Assembly: GCF_963921235.1 (NCBI RefSeq)
Contig: NC_086108.1
Location: 115,198,001-115,262,000, forward strand
Direction: 5' to 3'
Length of the DNA: 64,000 nucleotides
DNA from: Mobula hypostoma
Lineage: Eukaryota
How positions within the stretch are numbered: position 1 is the stretch's first letter; the number at the start of each line of letters is the position of its first letter. The notes below the pieces were generated by a model. It was not told the DNA's origin and did not search any database. It was given only the letters and a program-made list of their open reading frames with translations. The translations under genes and the position numbers were made by a program. Positions 13,550 to 26,474 of this stretch are shown in pieces.

Positions 13550-13892
13550 GTGTTGGCATGGTAGCATTGTGGTTAGCGTAACACTTTACAGTGCCAGTGA
13601 TAGGAAGATTGGGGGTTCATTTCTCGCCATTGTCTGTACGTTCTCCCACAAACGTTGGGAAAGCGTACAATGGGTTCTCTTTCTTCCCCCCCTCCACCCA
13701 CGTTCCAAAGACATATAGGTTAGAGTTAGTAAGTTAAGAGCATATTATGTTGGTGCTGGAAGCACGGTGACACTTATGGGCTGCCATCAGCATAACCCTG
13801 GGCTGTGTTTGTAACCCAAACAATGCATTTCACTGGGTGTTTTGTTGGATCATAGTTTCTATGGTGTTACAACAAATAAAGTTAATCTTTAG
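13550..13892 (+). mobile_element. tRNA-derived SINE
   Basis: tggcatggtagc...gtggttagc A-box-like and gggttcatt B-box-like motifs, conserved body (cccacgttccaaagac), aataaa tail. Confidence 0.7.
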
Positions 13893-13961
13893 CTAAGTCC
13901 ATTTTAGTGCAAAGCGGGAGTAGGCAGAATTGGCAGAAACCCAGACCCTTTAACCCACTGA

Positions 13962-14730
13962 ATAGACAGATTATTATCTGAATGGTGGCCGATTAGGAAA
14001 AGGGAGGTGCAACGAGACCTAGGTGTCATTATAAACCAGTCATTGAAAGTGGGCATGCAGGTACAGCAGGCGGTGAAAAAGGCAAATGGTATGCTGGCAT
14101 TTATAGCGAGAGGATTCGAGTACAGGAGCAGGGAGGTACTACTGCAGTTGTACAAGGCCTTGGTGAGACCACACCTGGAGTATTGTGTGCAGTTTTGGTC
14201 CCCTAATCTGAGGAAAGACATTCTTACCATAGAGGGAGTACAAAGAAGATTCACCAGATTGATTCCTGGGATGGCAGGACTTTCATATGATGAAAGACTG
14301 GATCGACTAGGCTTATACTCGTTGGAATTTAGAAGATTGAGGGGGGATCTGATTGAAACGTATAAAATCCTAAAGGGATTGGACAGGCTAGATGCAGGAA
14401 GATTGTTCCCAATGTTGGGGAAGTCCAGAACGAGGGGTCACAGTTGAAGGATAAAGGGGAAGCCTTTTAGAACCAAGATTAGGAAAACTTCTTCACACAG
14501 AGAGTGGTGAATCTGTGGAATTCTCTGCCACAGGAAACAGTTGAGGCCAGTTCATTGGCTATATTTAACAGGGAGTTAGATATGCCCTTGTGGCTACGGG
14601 GATCAGGGGGTATGGAGGGAAGGCTGGTGCAGGGTTCTGAGTTGGATGATCAGCCATGATCATAATAAATGGCAGTGCAGGCTCGAAGGGCCAAATGGCC
14701 TACTCCTGCACCTATTTTCTATGTTTCTAT
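13962..14730 (+). mobile_element. Young CR1 3' fragment
   Basis: ORF 14007-14447 (LYKALVRPHLEYCVQFWSP); ends in (ttctatgt)n. Confidence 0.9.
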
Positions 14731-14754
14731 GAATCCAAGCTGACCTATTTACAC

Positions 14755-15770
14755 TAATAGGTTGTGCATGGCCTCTGTTTTGCAACGATGAGGTCACTCT
14801 CAGGGTGGGGTACCAAGTCCATCTAGGTAGCCTGCTACATAGTGGCATGAACATCAACTTCTCCTTCTACTAACTTTTTTCCCCTCTCCCTTCTCTCTTT
14901 TTCTACTCCCTACTTTGCCTCTTACCTCTTCTCCTCATTTGCCTGTCACTTCCCTTCATTCCCTTTATCCCAAGGTCAGCTCTCCTGTTCTATCAGATTC
15001 CTTCTTCTCCAACCCTTTACTTAGGTCACAACTGTGTTGGATGAGCATCACCTTATATTCCGTCTGGGTAGTCTCCAACCTGATGGCGTGAACATTGATT
15101 TCTCCAACTTCTGGTAATTGCTTTCCCCTCTCCTTCACCATTCCCCATTCCTGTTTTCTTCTCTCATCTTATCTCTTTATCTGCCCATCACTTCCCTCTG
15201 TTGCTCCTCCCCCTTCCCTTTCTTCCATGGTCTTTGGTCCTCTCATATCAGATTACCCATTCTCCAGCCCTTTATCTCTTTCTCCAATCAACTTCCCAGC
15301 TCTTTATTTCACCCCTGCCCTAGTTTCACTTATCATCTACCACCTTGTATTTCCCAATCCCCAGCTCCTTACTCTGACTAATCTTCCTTTCCAGTCCTGA
15401 CGAAGTGTCTCGGCCCAAAACATCGATTGTACTCTTTTCCACAGATGCTGCCTGGCTGGCTGAGTTCCTCCAGCATTTTGTTGCTTTGGATTTCCAGCAT
15501 CTTCATCATCGTGTGTGTGCCTTTGTTTTTTCCACCCATCACCTCCCAGCTCTTACTTCATCTCCCCACTTATGACCTTTCAGTTTGTGCTCCTTTCTCT
15601 CCCCTACCACCTTATTCTGGCATCTTCACCCCACTTCCTTTTTGTCCGCATGGAGGGTCTCGGCCTGAAACATCAGCTGTTTGTTCATTGCTGCCTGACC
15701 AGCTGAATCCCTCCAGCATTCTGTGTGTGTTGCTCTGGGCTTCCAGCACCTGCAGAACCTCTTGTGATCA
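14755..15770. mobile_element. Cluster of Penelope-like fragments
   Basis: HLIFRLGSLQPDG-type GIY-YIG C-terminus at ~15045-15110; two terminal repeats with decayed hammerhead motifs (~15392, ~15645). Confidence 0.75.
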
Positions 15771-16439
15771 CTATTACACTAATCCTCCCCTATCCTCCCC
15801 ACATCCCCATACACCTTCCCCAGCATCCACCACTCACCCACACTCGGGGGCAATGTACAGTGACCAATTAACTGTTCTGATCTGTTTCCAGGGATTTGTT
15901 TTAATAAAACTCTGCTCTGCCTTCATCCTGGGACCAGATGCAAGTCGAGTTTCTCAAGAACTGAGTGTTCAGACCCAGACTGTCGTCTTTAGCCTTCCGT
16001 CTCAATGTGTTTAATACACATCTCAGTGAGCTACAGTCTGAGTCTGAGGTGTAAACTTCTCAGAATTCACTGCACTGAGGGACTGAGGGGCGACTGCATC
16101 AATTTAAAGAAGTGAAATTAGGACAAAAAACAGTACAGTGCAGGGACAGGCCCTTTGGCCCATCAGGACTGTACTGACCATGATGCTAGATTAAACCATG
16201 TCCCTGCATGTGCCCGTCTGAGAGGTTCTTAAATGCCACCATTGTGCCTGTGTCCACCATCTCACTTGCAGTCTTTTCAACCACTTGCCACTCTGGCAAA
16301 AAAAATAACCCCACACATCTCCCTTAAACTTTGTCCACTTACACTTCAGATCAAAACATTTTAGGAACAGCTTCTGCCCCTCCACTGCTGCACCCTTTCT
16401 AAAGCTTCTATATCCTTCTGGTGATGAAGCTGCCTGAAC

Positions 16440-17062
16440 TGAAGGCATATGGTGCATTGGCCTTCATCAACCATGGGACTGAGTTTAGGAGCTGAGGGGT
16501 AATGTTGCAGCTATATAGGACTCTGGTCAGACCCCACGGAGTACTGTGCTCACTTCTTGTTGCCTCATTGCAGGAAGGATGTGGAAGCCATAGAAAGGGT
16601 GCAAGGATGTTGCCTGGATTGGGGAGCATGCCTTATGAGAATAGGTTGCGTGAACTCCGCCTTTTCTCCTTGGAGCGACGGAGGATGAGAGGTGACCTGA
16701 TAGAGGTGTATAAGATGATGAGAGGCATTGATTGTGCGGATAGTCAGAGGCTTTTTCCCAGGGCTGAAATGGTTGCCGCAAGAGGACACAGGTTTAAGGT
16801 GCTGGGGAGTAGGTACAGAGGAGATGTCAGGGGTAAGTTTTTTTACTCGGAGAGTGGTGAGTGTGTGGATTGGGCTGCCGGCAACGGTGGTGGAGGCGGA
16901 TACGATAGGGTCTTTTAAGAGACTTTTAGATAGGAACATGGAGCTTAGAAAAATAGAGGGCTATAGGTAAGCCTAGTAATTTCTAAGGTAGGGACATGTT
17001 CGGCACAACTTTGTGGGTCAAAGGGCCGGTATTGTGCTGTAGGTTTTCTATGTTTCTATGTT
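16440..17062 (+). mobile_element. CR1 3' fragment
   Basis: ORF 16502-16918 (LERRRMRGDLIEVYKMMRGID); (ttctatgt) tail; same subfamily as 45475-45890. Confidence 0.88.
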
Positions 17063-17140
17063 TTAGTACTGTATTCCAGATGTGGCCTGACCAGAGTTTT
17101 ATACAGTGCCACGGTAGCACAACACTATTACAACTCAGAG

Positions 17141-17275
17141 TAAACACGAGGAATTCTGCAGATGCTGGAAATTCAAGCAACACACATCAAAGTTGCTGGT
17201 GAACGCAGCAGGCCAGGCAGCATCTCTAGGAAGAGGTACAGCCGACGTTTCAGGCCGGGACCCTTCATCAGGACT
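17141..17275 (-). mobile_element. Short Penelope-derived element with hammerhead ribozyme, inserted in a SINE
   Basis: Reverse complement agtc CTGATGA a gggtcccggcct GAAAC GTC ggct; flanked by a repeated aactcag. Confidence 0.8.
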
Positions 17276-17995
17276 AACTCAGGTTGTCTGAGTTCAGAGT
17301 TCAATTCTGGTGTCCTCTGTAAGGAGCCTGCGGAATGCACTCCAGTCCAAAGACGTGCTGATTAGTGGGTTAATTGGTCATTGTAAATTGTCCCGTGAAT
17401 AGGCTGTAGTTAAATTGGGAGTTGCTGGGGTGACGTGCCCATTCTGCCAGAAGGGCTGGTTCTGTGCCATATCTCTAAATAAATCAGATGACTTCCTAAT
17501 TCCTGTAGGTACTCAGTGCCCGACCGATGAAGGCAAGCATGCAGGTTAAAATATTGCGGAACACCTTTGCAGTACAGCACCTTTCACAGTTGTGTTGCCA
17601 CTTTCCGGGAGCTATGGATTTTCACCCCCCCCCCCCCAGGATCTCTCTGTACATCAGAGTAAAACAGAATAGCAAGGGAAATTCTTAAAAGTGGCGTGGC
17701 AGGCAATGGCCACTCTAACTGGCCATCTTTTGAGAATGGTGATGAGGTCTCTTCCTGAACCACTTCACATAAACTGCTTTACAGATGACCCATTTCCCCA
17801 TAGAAACCCACCCATTAAAATCCACCTTTCCTTAAAGCCACCTCAGCCTGCTATTGGATTAGTCTGGATGATTATTGTTATTGTCTTTGCAGTTTAACAA
17901 TTAATTACCTGCTTCTATCTTTTTATAGCTGTCTGTATGCATGTAACTATTTAGTATGTTTTCTAGTGGCCACGGTGTGTATATTGAATTGATGA

Positions 17996-18959
17996 GTGTG
18001 TCCCCTAGTGGTCACAGAATGTAAATGCAGTTGTTCAGTGTGTCCCCTAGTGGTCACAGAATGTAAATGCAGTTGTTCAGTGTGTCCCCGAGTAGTCACA
18101 GTATGTATATGCTGTTACACGAGGAATTTTGCAGATGCTGTCCTGACGAAGGGTCTCGGCCCGAAACATCGACTGTACCTCTTCCTAGAGATGCTGCCTG
18201 GCCTGCTGTGTTCACCTGTGTTCACCAGCAGCTTTGATGTGTGTTGCTTGTATATGCAGCTGTTTAGTGTGTCCCCTAGTGGTCACAATATGTAAATGCA
18301 TCTGTTTAGTCTGTCCCCTAGTGGTCACAATATGTAAATGCAGTTGTTCAGTGTGTCCCCTAGTGGTCACAATATGTAAATGCAGTTGTTCAGTGTATCC
18401 CCTAGTGGTCACAGTATATAAATGCAGTTGTTCAGTGTGTCCCCTAGTGGTCACAATATGTAAATGCATCTGTTTAGTCTGTCCCCTAGTGGTCACAATA
18501 TGTAAATGCAGTTGTTCAGTGTGTCCCCTAGTGGTCACAGTATATAAATGCAGTTGTTCAGTGTGTCCCCGAGTGGTCACAATATGTAAATGCAGTTGTT
18601 CAGTGTGTCCCCTAGTGGTGACAGTATGTAAATGCAGTTGTTCAGTGTGTCCCCTAGTGGTCACAATATGTAAATGCAGTTGTTCAGTGTATCCCCTAGT
18701 GGTCACAGTATATAAATGCAGTTGTTCAGTGTGTCCCCTAGTGGTCACAATATGTAAATGCAGTTGTTCAGTGTGTCCCCTAGTGGTCACAGTATGTAAA
18801 TGCAGTTGTTCAGTGTGTCCCCTAGTGGTCACAGTATGTAAATGCAGTTGTTCAGTGTGTCCCCTAGTGGTCACAGTTTGTAAATGCAGTTGTACAGTGT
18901 GACCCCTAGTGGTCACAGTATGTAAATGCAGTTGTTCAGTGTGTCCCCTAGTGGTTATA
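17996..18959. repeat. 42-bp tandem repeat (~20 units) with CTCF-like motif
   Basis: Unit gtgtgtcccctagtggtcacaatatgtaaatgcagttgttca; interrupted at ~18116-18250. Confidence 0.95.
18140..18175 (+). ncRNA. Minimal type I hammerhead ribozyme motif (AUC variant)
   Basis: gtc CTGACGA a gggtctcggccc GAAAC ATC gac: stem I gtc/gac, stem II gggt/gccc. Confidence 0.65.
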
Positions 18960-19864
18960 GTTCTTCGTATCATTCTGGAAGCTTTTTGGTATTACATTAT
19001 TTGAATACAGGCTATCTCATTGGTTAACTCTTGTGAATTTGACAAATGCTTCTCAAGCTCTGAATACATCATCAGTGATGCAATCACTTGGTAACCTTGT
19101 CTTGTTTTCGTCAGGTGGGGTGTCGTGTTTAAAAGTTAGCAAGTCATGTTGAGCTGTGTCAAACTGAGGTTATGGCACATTAGAGTATTGTGTATAATTC
19201 TCATTGCCCCATTACAGAAAGGATGTCGGCACTTTAGAGAGGGTTCAGAAGTGGCTTACTTGGATGTTGCCTGGATTACAGAGCATTAGCTGCAAAGGCA
19301 GATTGGAGAACTTCACTGGAGGCAGAAGAGAGGTCTATTTGGTTATGAGGGACATAGAGTAGAGAGCCAGAGTCTTTTTTTTCATGGTGGAAACGTCAAA
19401 TACTGAAGGGTGTAGAGGGTGATATTTAATGATTTATGAGGCAAATTTTTTTTCTACACAGAGATTGATGGGGTCTGACATGTGCTGCCAGGGGAGATGG
19501 TGGAGACAGATATGACAACAATGTTTAGAGGCATTTAGGCAGACAAATGGACATGGAGGGATGTGGACCCTATAAAGCAAATTATATTCTTTTAAATTGC
19601 CACTGACTTTGACACAGATTTCATGGATCGAAGGGCCAGTTTCTGTGTTGCATTGTTATATGTTCTATGTTAAAGGCTGGTGCATTTTGTGGCAGTCTTC
19701 CCAGCCTTTACCCATTAACCTGCTTCAGTTCCATCTCATCCAATCATTCCTGTACAGAAGTTTAAGTTTATTCTCATCCGACTGTACATATATATAACCA
19801 AACGATATAAAGTTCCTCTGGATCACGGTCCACCCACACACAGCTCATAAGACAAAATTCTGAG

Positions 19865-20310
19865 GTCTCCGTCGGTTAAGCTCAACCATGGATGCTGCGT
19901 CCTAGCTGTCATGTGCAAGCCTGGGCAGTACAATATGGAGAGCAAGCTGTTGCCCATGTAGCAAGCTCCCCCATCCACACATCTGATGAACCCAAAGGAA
20001 TGGCCGAGACTGATACAGTTTGGCACCAACAGCATCACATGAGCAGCCAGTCAGTGTTGAAGAAAACTTAGGGACTACAGCTCCACGGCTGACAAGCCCC
20101 ATCTGCCCGTAGCAACTGGATTTAAGGTGCCAGTAGAGCACTTTTGCCCAGTAGAAATGGTTCCATTGGGCTTAGTAGCTAAACTACACATGAAGGCTGG
20201 GAGATGAACTTGGCTGCCAGAGGCTATTTGTGTCGCACACCATGGGAGCATTTAAAAAATAGTGGGAGCTTGTCCCCACGACCATGCCCAGCTATGACAA
20301 TCTCAAGGAA
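19865..20310 (+). mobile_element. RTE 5'-UTR-like interspersed repeat
   Basis: gagcaagctgttgcccatg...ctgatgaacccaaagg...gatacagtttggcacc resembles recalled vertebrate RTE 5' regions. Confidence 0.4.
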
Positions 20311-21511
20311 TCATAAAACAAAATATTACCATAATTAAGTAAATAATATATAATTCAAAATGCACACAGTGCACAGCACAGATAAACAGTTTGCTGTCCT
20401 AGATATGAAGCTTGTGGTGTCAGGGCCTCAGTCTCACAGCCTGAGGGATGAAACAGTTACCCAGTCTGGCAGTCCCAGTCCTGATGTTCCTGAACTCCTT
20501 CCTGTTGGTAGTGGGATGGGTGGTAGGGCTCCTCAACAATGCTTTCGACCCTTTGTATACAACACTCCCTGTAAATGTTATAAATGGAAGAGGGAAACCC
20601 CAGTGATCCTCTTGGTGGTTTGTACTATCGCTTGGCCTCTTGACTGTTGGTAACTTGCAGAGCATTCTCATTACTCCTATTCACTGAATGTTTGCTTGTA
20701 CTCTGTAAATCTCATTTCCCTCTGATTTCCCATCCAGTTGATTTTCCAGGTACTTCACTGACTGTTCGACAAACCTCACAGGCAGGCAGTTTCCACATCA
20801 CCATTGCTTACACATTTTCATTCTCCTCGCTAGTTCTCTTTGAGAATGTGATGGTGAATTAACATTCCAGTAACAAAGTGGCTTGGTAGGACCGTAGGAC
20901 ATGGGCACAAATTTGGGCTATTTGACCCATTGAGTCTGCTCCACCATTCTATCTTGGCCCATAACATGGATTGTTTTTTATTTCCATCAATCCCTCCAGA
21001 CCTGCTGAATTGCTCCAGCATTTTGTTTGTGTGTTCTGGATTTCCAGCATCTGCAGAGTCTTTTGTGTCTATGGAATTAAGCCATTGAGTTTCTCCAGCT
21101 CCTTTGTGTGTCTGTTTAACTGGTTGGTTAATGGATTTTATTTCACATTTATTTAGTTAATTGAATTTAAATGCTCCTTTTGCTGGGTGGGAATCAGATT
21201 CATGAGTTGAGGTTATTAGTTGAAGGTCTAACTACTACAGCACATGAAGCATTAAGATGTAGTGTGTCAGATTCACAGGTTGAGGCTGTTGGTCCAGGGT
21301 CTGACTACAGCCGTACTAGAACCATTAAGATGTAGTGTGAAAGGCTGTTTATCTTTCTGACACTTCGCCACAATACACTTCCATAAAGCAAAGTTATGAC
21401 TAGTTATATTGGTTTTATTCTTTTCCTGACTGTCATTTGCTCCTTTAAATTTCTTTTGCTGTTTACAACCTCATTTGTGTTACACCTTTCAATGTATTTA
21501 TTGCATAGCGC

Positions 21512-22558
21512 AGTTGTCACCGTGGTGTGAGGCTGGGGGAGTGTTGGGGAGAGTCTGTCACAGGGAAGTTGTCACAGTGGTGTGAGGCTGGGGGAATGTT
21601 GGGGAGAGTCTGTCACAGGGAAGTTGTCACAGTGGTGTGAGGCTGGGGGAGTGTTGGGGAGAGTCTGTCACGGGGAAGTTGTCACAGTGGTGTGAGGCTG
21701 GGAGAGTGTTGGGGAGAGTCTGTCACGGGGAAGTTGTCACAGTGGTGTGAGGCTGGGGGAGTGTTGGGGAGAGTCTGTCACGGGGAAGTTGTCACAGTGG
21801 TGTGAGGGTGGGGGAATGTTGGGGAGAGTCTGTCACGGGGAAGTTGTCACAGTGGTGTGAGGCTGGGGGAGTGTTGGGGAGAGTCTGTCACGGGGAAGTT
21901 GTCACAGTGGTGTGAGGCTGGGGGAATGTTGGGGAGAGTCTGTCACGGGGAAGTTGTCACAGTGGTGTGAGGCTGGGGGAGTGTTGGGGAGAGTCTGTCA
22001 CGGGGAAGTTGTCACAGTGGTGTGAGGCTGGGGGAGTGTTGGGGAGAGTCTGTCACGGGGAAGTTGTCACAGTGGTGTGAGGCTGGGGGAGTGTTGGGGA
22101 GAGTCTGTCACGGGGAAGTTGTCACAGTGGTGTGAGGCTGGGGGAGTGTTGGGGAGAGTCTGTCACGGGGAAGTTGTCACAGTGGTGTGAGGCTGGGGGA
22201 GTGTTGGGGAGAGTCTGTCACGGGGAAGTTGTCACAGTGGTGTGAGGCTGGGGGAGTGTTGGGGAGAGTCTGTCACGGGGAAGTTGTCACAGTGGTGTGA
22301 GGCTGGGGGAGTGTTGGGGAGAGTCTGTCACAGGGAAGTTGTCACAGTGGTGTGAGGCTGAGGGAGTGTTGGGGAGAGTCTGTCACAGGGAAGTTGTCAC
22401 AGTGGTGTGAGGCTGGGAGAGTGTTGGGGAGAGTCTGTCACAGGGAAGTTGTCACAGTGGTGTGAGGCTGGGGGAGTGTTGGGGAGAGTCTGTCACGGGG
22501 AAGTTGTCACAGTGGTGTGAGGGTGGGGGGAATGTTGGGGAGAGTCTGTCACAGGGAA
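21512..22558. repeat. 55-bp G-rich minisatellite, left arm (~19 units)
   Basis: Unit gttgtcacagtggtgtgaggctgggggagtgttggggagagtctgtcacggggaa; starts at 21568 and 21623. Confidence 0.95.
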
Positions 22559-25500
22559 GATAGAACCATAGAACCATAGAAACTACAGCACAGAAACAGG
22601 CCCTTTGGCCCTTCTTGGCTGTGCCGAACCATTTTCTGCCTAGTCCCACTGACCTGCACACGGACCATATCCCTCCATACACCTCCCATCCATGTATCTG
22701 TCCAATTTATTCTTAAATGTTAAAAAAGAACCCGCATTTACCACCTCGTCTGGCAGCTCATTCCATACTCCCACCACTCTCTGTGTGAAGAAGTCCCCCC
22801 TAATGTTCCCTTTAAACTTTTCCCCCCTCACCCTTAACCCATGTCCTCTGGTTTTTTTTCTCCCCTTGCCTCAGTGGAAAAAGCCTGCTTGCATTCACTC
22901 TATCTATACCCATCGTAATTTTATATACCTCTATCAAATCTCCCCCCATTCTTCTACGCTCCAGGGAATAAAGTCCTAACCTATTCAACCTTTCTCTGTA
23001 ACTGAGTTTCTCAAGTCCCGGCAACATCCTTGTAAACCTTCTCTGCACTCTTTCAACCTTATTTATATCCTTCCTGTAATTTGGTGACCAAAACTGAACA
23101 CAATACTCCAGATTCGACCTCACCAATGCCTTATACAACCTCATCATAACATTCCAGCTCTTATACTCAATACTTCGATTAATAAAGGCCAATGTACCAA
23201 AAGCTCTCTTTACGACCCTATCTACCTGTGACGACACCTTTAGGGAATTTTGTATCTGTATTCCCAGATCCCTCTGTTCCACTGCACTCCTCAGTGCCTT
23301 ACCATTAACCCTGTACGTTCTACGTTGGTTTGTCCTTCCAACGTGCAATACCTCACACTTGTCAGTATTAAACTCCATCTGCCATTTTTCAGCCCATTTT
23401 TCCAGCTGGTCCAAGTCCCTCTGCAGGCTCTGAAAACCTTCCTCACTGTCTACTACACCTCCAATTTTTGTATCATCAGCAAACTTGCTGATCTAATTTG
23501 CCACATTATTATCCAGATCATTGATATAGATGACAAATAACAATGGACCCAGCACTGATCCCTGTGGCACACCACTAGTCACAGGCCTCCACTCAGAGAA
23601 GCAATTCTCTACCACCACTGTCTGGCTTCTTCCATCGAGCCAATATCTAATCCAATTTACCACCTCTCCATGTATACCTAGCGACTGAATTTTCCTAACT
23701 AACCTCCCAAGCGGGACCTTGTCAAAGGCCTTACTGAAGTCCATGTAGACAATATCCACGGCCTTCCTTTCATCCACTTTCCTGGTAACCTCCTCGAAAA
23801 ACTCCAATAGATTGGTCAAACATGACCTACCACGCACAAAGCCATGTTGACTCTCCCTAATAAGCCCCTGTCTATCCAAATGCTTGTAGATTCTGTCTCT
23901 TAGTACTCCCTCCAATAATTTACCTACTACTGATGTTAAACTCACCGGCCTATAATTTCCCGGATTACTTTTCGATCCTTTTTTAAACAATGGAACAACA
24001 TGAGCCACTCTCCAATCCTCCGGCACTTCACCCGTAGACAGCGACATTTTAAATATTTCTGCCAGGGCCCCCGCAATTTCAACACTAGTCTCCTTCAAGG
24101 TCCGAGGGAACACTCTGTCAGGTCCCGGGGATTTATCCACTTTAATTTTCCTCAAGACAGCAAGCACCTCCTCCTTTTCAATCTGTACAGTTTCCATGGT
24201 CTCACTACTTGATTCCCTCAATTCCATAGATTTCATGCCAGCTTCCTTAGTAAATACAGACGCAAAAAACCTATTTAAGATCTCCCCCATTTCCTTTGGT
24301 TCCACACAAAGCCGACCACTCTGATCTTCAAGAGGACCAATTTTATCCCTTACAATCCTTTTGCTCTTAATATACTTGTAAAAGCTCTTTGGATTATCCT
24401 TCACTTTGACTGCCAAGGCAACCTCATGTCTGCTTTATGCCCTCCTGATTTCTTTCTTAAGTATTTTCTTGCACTTCTTATACTCCTCAAGCACCTGATT
24501 TACCCCCTGTTTCCTATACATTTCATACAACTCCCTCTTCTTCTTTATCAGAGTTGCAATATCCCTTGAGAACCAAGGTTCCTTATTCCTATTCAATTTG
24601 CCTTTAATCCTGACAGGAACATACAAACTCTGCACTCTCAAAATTTCCCCTTTGAAGGCTTCCCACCTACCAATCACATCTTTGCCAGAGAACAACCTGT
24701 CCCAATCCACGCTTTTTAGATCCTTTCTTATTTCTTCAAATCTGACCTTCTTCCAGTTCAGAACCTCAACCCTAGGACCAGATCTATCCTTGTCCATGAT
24801 CAAATTGAAACTAATGGTGTTATGATCACTGGAACCAAAGTGCTCCCCTACACAGACTTCTGTCACTTGCCCTAATTCGTTTCCTAACAGGAGATCCAAT
24901 ATTGCATCCCCTCTAGTTGGTCCCTCTATATACTGATTTAGAAAACTTGCCTGAACACATTTTACAAATGCTAAACCATCTAGACCCCTAACAGTATGGG
25001 AGTCCCAGTCAATGTATGGAAAATTAAAATCCCCTACCACCACAACTTCATGTTTCCTGCAGTTGCCTGCTATCTCTCTGCAGATTTGCTCTTCCAAGTC
25101 TCGTTGACTATTGGGTGGTCTGTAATACAATCCCACTAATGTGGCCATACCTTTCCTGTTTTTCAGCTCCACCCATAAGGACTCAGTAGACAAGCCCTCT
25201 AATCTGTCCTGCCTGAGCACTGCTGTAATAATTTCCCTAACAAGCAATGCTGCTCCCCCACCTTTCATTCCTCTGCCTCTATCACATCTGAAACTTCGGA
25301 ACCCTGGAATATTAAGCTGCCAGTCCTGCCCCTCCTGTAGCCAAGTTTCACTAATTGCTACAACATCATAATTGCACGTGTCAATCCACGCCCTCAACTA
25401 ATCCGCCTTCCCCGCAATACTCCTAGCATTGAAATATATACACCTCAGAAGATTTTTACCACCACTCACAACCTTTCTATCAGCGGATTTGCTTAAACTT

Positions 25501-25803
25501 TCAATATCATTTATTTTCACCCCAGCCACACTGGTTCCCATCCCCCTGCAAATCTAGTTTAAAGCCTCCCCAATAGCACTAACAAACCTCCCTGAAAGGA
25601 TATTGGTCCCCCTGTGGTTCAAGTGTAACCCGTCTCTCTTGTACAGGTCCCACCTGCCCCAGAAGAGGTCCCAATGATCCTGAAATCTGAAACCCTGCCC
25701 CCTACACCAGTTCCTCAGCCACTTGTTCCTCCTCCAGAGCATCCTATTCCTACCCTGACTGGCACCTAGCACAGGTAGCAATCCTGAGATTACCACCCTT
25801 GAG
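22559..25803 (-). mobile_element. 5'-truncated CR1 LINE: ORF1 esterase end plus near-complete ORF2 (APE endonuclease and RT)
   Basis: ORF1 remnant (DGLHLN) at 25554-25796. ORF2 has [28 protein letters not shown] and YINDL. In-frame stops at 24435 and 23493, frameshift near 22850; (ttctatgg)n tail at 22559. Confidence 0.95.
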
Positions 25804-26440
25804 GGTGGTGAGGGTGGGGGAATACTGGGGAGAGTCTGTCACAGGGAAGTTGTCACAGTGGTGTGAGGGAGGGGGAATGCTGGGGAGAGTCTGTCACAGG
25901 GAAGTTGTCACAGTGGTGTGAGGGAGGGGGAATGTTGGGGAGAGTCTGTCACAGGGAAGTTGTCACAGTGGTGTGAGGGTGGGGGAGTGTTGGGAAGTGT
26001 GTGTCACGGGGAAGTTGTCACAGTGGTGTGAGGCTGGGGGAGTGTTGGGGAGAGTCTGTGTCACGGGGAAGTTGTCACAGTGGTGTGAGGGTGGGGGGAG
26101 TGTTGGGGAGAGTCTGTGTCACGGGGAAGTTGTCACTGGTGTGAGGGTGGGGGAGTGTTGGGGAGAGTGTCACGGGGAAGTTGTCACAGTGGTGTGAGGG
26201 TGGAGGAGTGTTGGGGAGAGTGTCACGGGGAAGTTGTCACAGTGGTGTGAGGGTGGGGGAGTGTTGGGGAGAGTGTGTCACAGGGAAGTTGTCACAGTGA
26301 TGTGAGGGTGGGGGAGTGTTGGGGAGAGTCTGTCACGGGGAATTTGTCAGAGTGGTGTGAGGAAGGGGGAATGTTGGGGAGAGTCTGTCACAGGGAATTT
26401 GTCAGAGTGGTGTGAGGGTGGGGGAATGTTGGGGAGAGTC
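25804..26440. repeat. 55-bp minisatellite, right arm (~11 more diverged units)
   Basis: Same unit as 21512-22558. Confidence 0.92.
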
Positions 26441-26474
26441 TTTGCATCATAACTCCAGAGTCCAGGGTTCAGTC

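Noticed and set aside
13550..13630. tRNA gene
   Set aside because: A/B-box-like motifs belong to a SINE head; no complete cloverleaf.
18212..18973. 253-aa and 222-aa His/Cys-rich repeat ORFs
   Set aside because: By-products of a stop-free 42-bp (14-codon) unit that is open on both strands; no splice or homology support.
21512..26440. RSS heptamer CACAGTG in nearly every 55-bp unit
   Set aside because: No ACAAAAACC-like nonamer at 12 or 23 bp and no Ig/TCR segments nearby.
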